Shown piece by piece: positions 62,290 through 64,000 of a DNA stretch of 64,000 nucleotides (positions within the stretch are counted from its first letter, which is position 1; every line of letters begins with the position of its first letter). The notes under the pieces are model-generated. The model saw nothing but the letters and a program-made list of their open reading frames with translations, made no database searches and was not told the DNA's origin. A program made the translations under genes and the position numbers. The DNA comes from Phoronis australis (Eukaryota; Animalia; Phoronida), in assembly GCA_002633005.1 (NCBI GenBank), contig NMRA01000386.1, positions 15,184 to 79,183 of the forward strand, read 5' to 3'.

Positions 62290-62885
62290 GGCAGTCAACA
62301 ACAATCCTCTTACCCATTCATCAACCACATTGGAATCCTTGCATCAAGTAGCAGTGACAAGTTTGTCCATTTTCTCAAAATTTTCACGAACAAAAGTCAC
62401 ATTAAACCAACTGATGTACACTGTAGGTAATTTTCCCTTTCTTTGTGAACGTTGTGTCAATCAACTATCTGATATTCTGGCTAATCAAACAGATGTCCTT
62501 AAGTGTTTCCTCGAAATTGAATCCAATAAGAATGAGGGCACAGCTTTTATCAACAACAAGATGATTAAAATGATTGGAAACGAAATTATCCAGTCTTTAA
62601 CCAATCTATTCAACAAACTTCTTCCCCTACGTAAGCATCCGTCTTCTTGGAAACATGGATTTATGGTCCCTATTCACAAAAAGACTCCAGGACTGAAATT
62701 TTAAATTATCGCCCAATAACCTAACACAATAATTCCAAATCCAAGGGAAGATAATAGCTCAAAATATTATAACAATTGTCAAACAAAACAACTTGATTCA
62801 TCATAGTCAAATAAGTTTCTTGAATGGGAACAACACCGTGGCACAACTTGTAGAAGTAGTATATGAGCTTCATTTACATTTTAAA
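62290..62885 (+). mobile_element. LINE reverse-transcriptase N-terminal fragment (related clade, opposite orientation)
   Basis: INNKMIKMIGNEI...LTNLFNK...PSSWKHG.MVPIHKK...NYRPIT is homologous to ORF 25179..25646. Confidence 0.85.
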
Positions 62886-64000
62886 TAACGGCTTTCTTCC
62901 TAAAAATAGTACGTGGATGAGATCAGAGTAATCATAGCTGAAATAGATAACAGGAACAGTTATGAATATCTCAAATAAATTAATTAGCTGTTTGATAATA
63001 ACATGTGTGATCAGATTCATTTGACTGAGTGGCCATGACATCCGTGGGCCCAAGTGTTAGCTGATATTTCCATGTGTAATGCAAAGACTGAGGCTGTGGC
63101 TACATGTAGTTGTCTACCTGAATGTAAACCACGATTTTATCCTAGCCCAGTAAACATGACATTATTGGCCCAGTACTGGATATTTGTTGCTTGTTACCGC
63201 TTGAACCTTATATCAGTTTACATGCCTGGGCCACTAATGGCCCAATACCGTCCAACGACACTAACCGAGTGAACCCTCCCCATACCGGCCCACCGGTATT
63301 GGCCTCATATTGCTTGAGCAGTAAACACAGGCTTGAACACATGAGGGCATTGATAGGCTTGCCCACAGGAGGGTGACTACTAATGTAACACTAAGTTTTC
63401 TTTTAAAAATTATCATCAGATGTGTGGCAGTAAAAATTTTCAATTTTCATCAATGAAAACTTAATTTCTAACATATGTATTGCCGTGTAATTTTATTCCA
63501 AGAAAACTTTCCACCAGATGACTCTCATAAAAAACCGCTATTTTGAATTTTCTGTTGAGCTGAGATTTTCTACACTTTGAAAAAGAACCTCAGATTTCTG
63601 GTAAGTTTCATATTTGGTTACACATTGGTCTGAAAGAGTATACTATGTACAAATTATTCCACAGATGTTCTTAGCTTCTGATCGTCAATCCAACAACACA
63701 AATTACCATATACTACAAGATATGAGACAATTGTTTACAATATGACGATATTGAGCTACATGATTTTGGTATCTTTCCATTCCTCGCAATATCATCTTTC
63801 CAAAATATACATGCATGAATGTATCCCCTACCGCGTTTCTTCCGTATTTAATCGACAAATTTCGGTTCACACTATTTCCCGGTTGACACCGGCGGTATCA
63901 CCGCCATGTTAACTCAACTCATGATTTCCGCGACACCTGTTGCTCGACACCTTGCGAACACCACTCATAACTGTGACCTTTTGACCACTTTTCCACGATA

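Noticed and set aside
57700-64000. Upstream CUB or astacin exons
   Set aside because: No convincing phase-2-ending exon and no HExxH motif were found; the gene probably continues beyond the window.

Overview
Eukaryotic, AT-rich, repeat-dense metazoan DNA. A marine invertebrate deuterostome is my inference from the repeat and gene types. Most ORFs in the supplied track are spurious; the real genes are spliced and I read them from GT/AG sites and phase continuity. There are two partial minus-strand genes. (1) The 5' part of a lipoxygenase: PLAT domain plus the start of the catalytic domain, exons 6228-6313, 3750-3910 and 1141-1419, running off the left edge. (2) The 3' part of an extracellular CUB - Thr/Pro linker - MAM protein (exons 57536-57687, 55660-55698, 49590-49678, 45055-45178). 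Its last two exons occur twice as intact, same-length, same-phase cassettes (A: 32461-32636 + 29947-30033; B: 21542-21717 + 17100-17186). The cassettes are only about 53% identical in amino acids but have very few synonymous differences, so one shared N-terminal half of the MAM domain has two alternative, diversified C-terminal halves. The introns hold three LINE copies (one near full length with a 2A-like peptide), a decayed Bel/Pao LTR element with a nested Kolobok-type DNA transposon, Penelope remnants, MITEs, and a Helentron-associated-like element carrying a higher-order tandem array of 11 co-oriented CTCF-like motifs.
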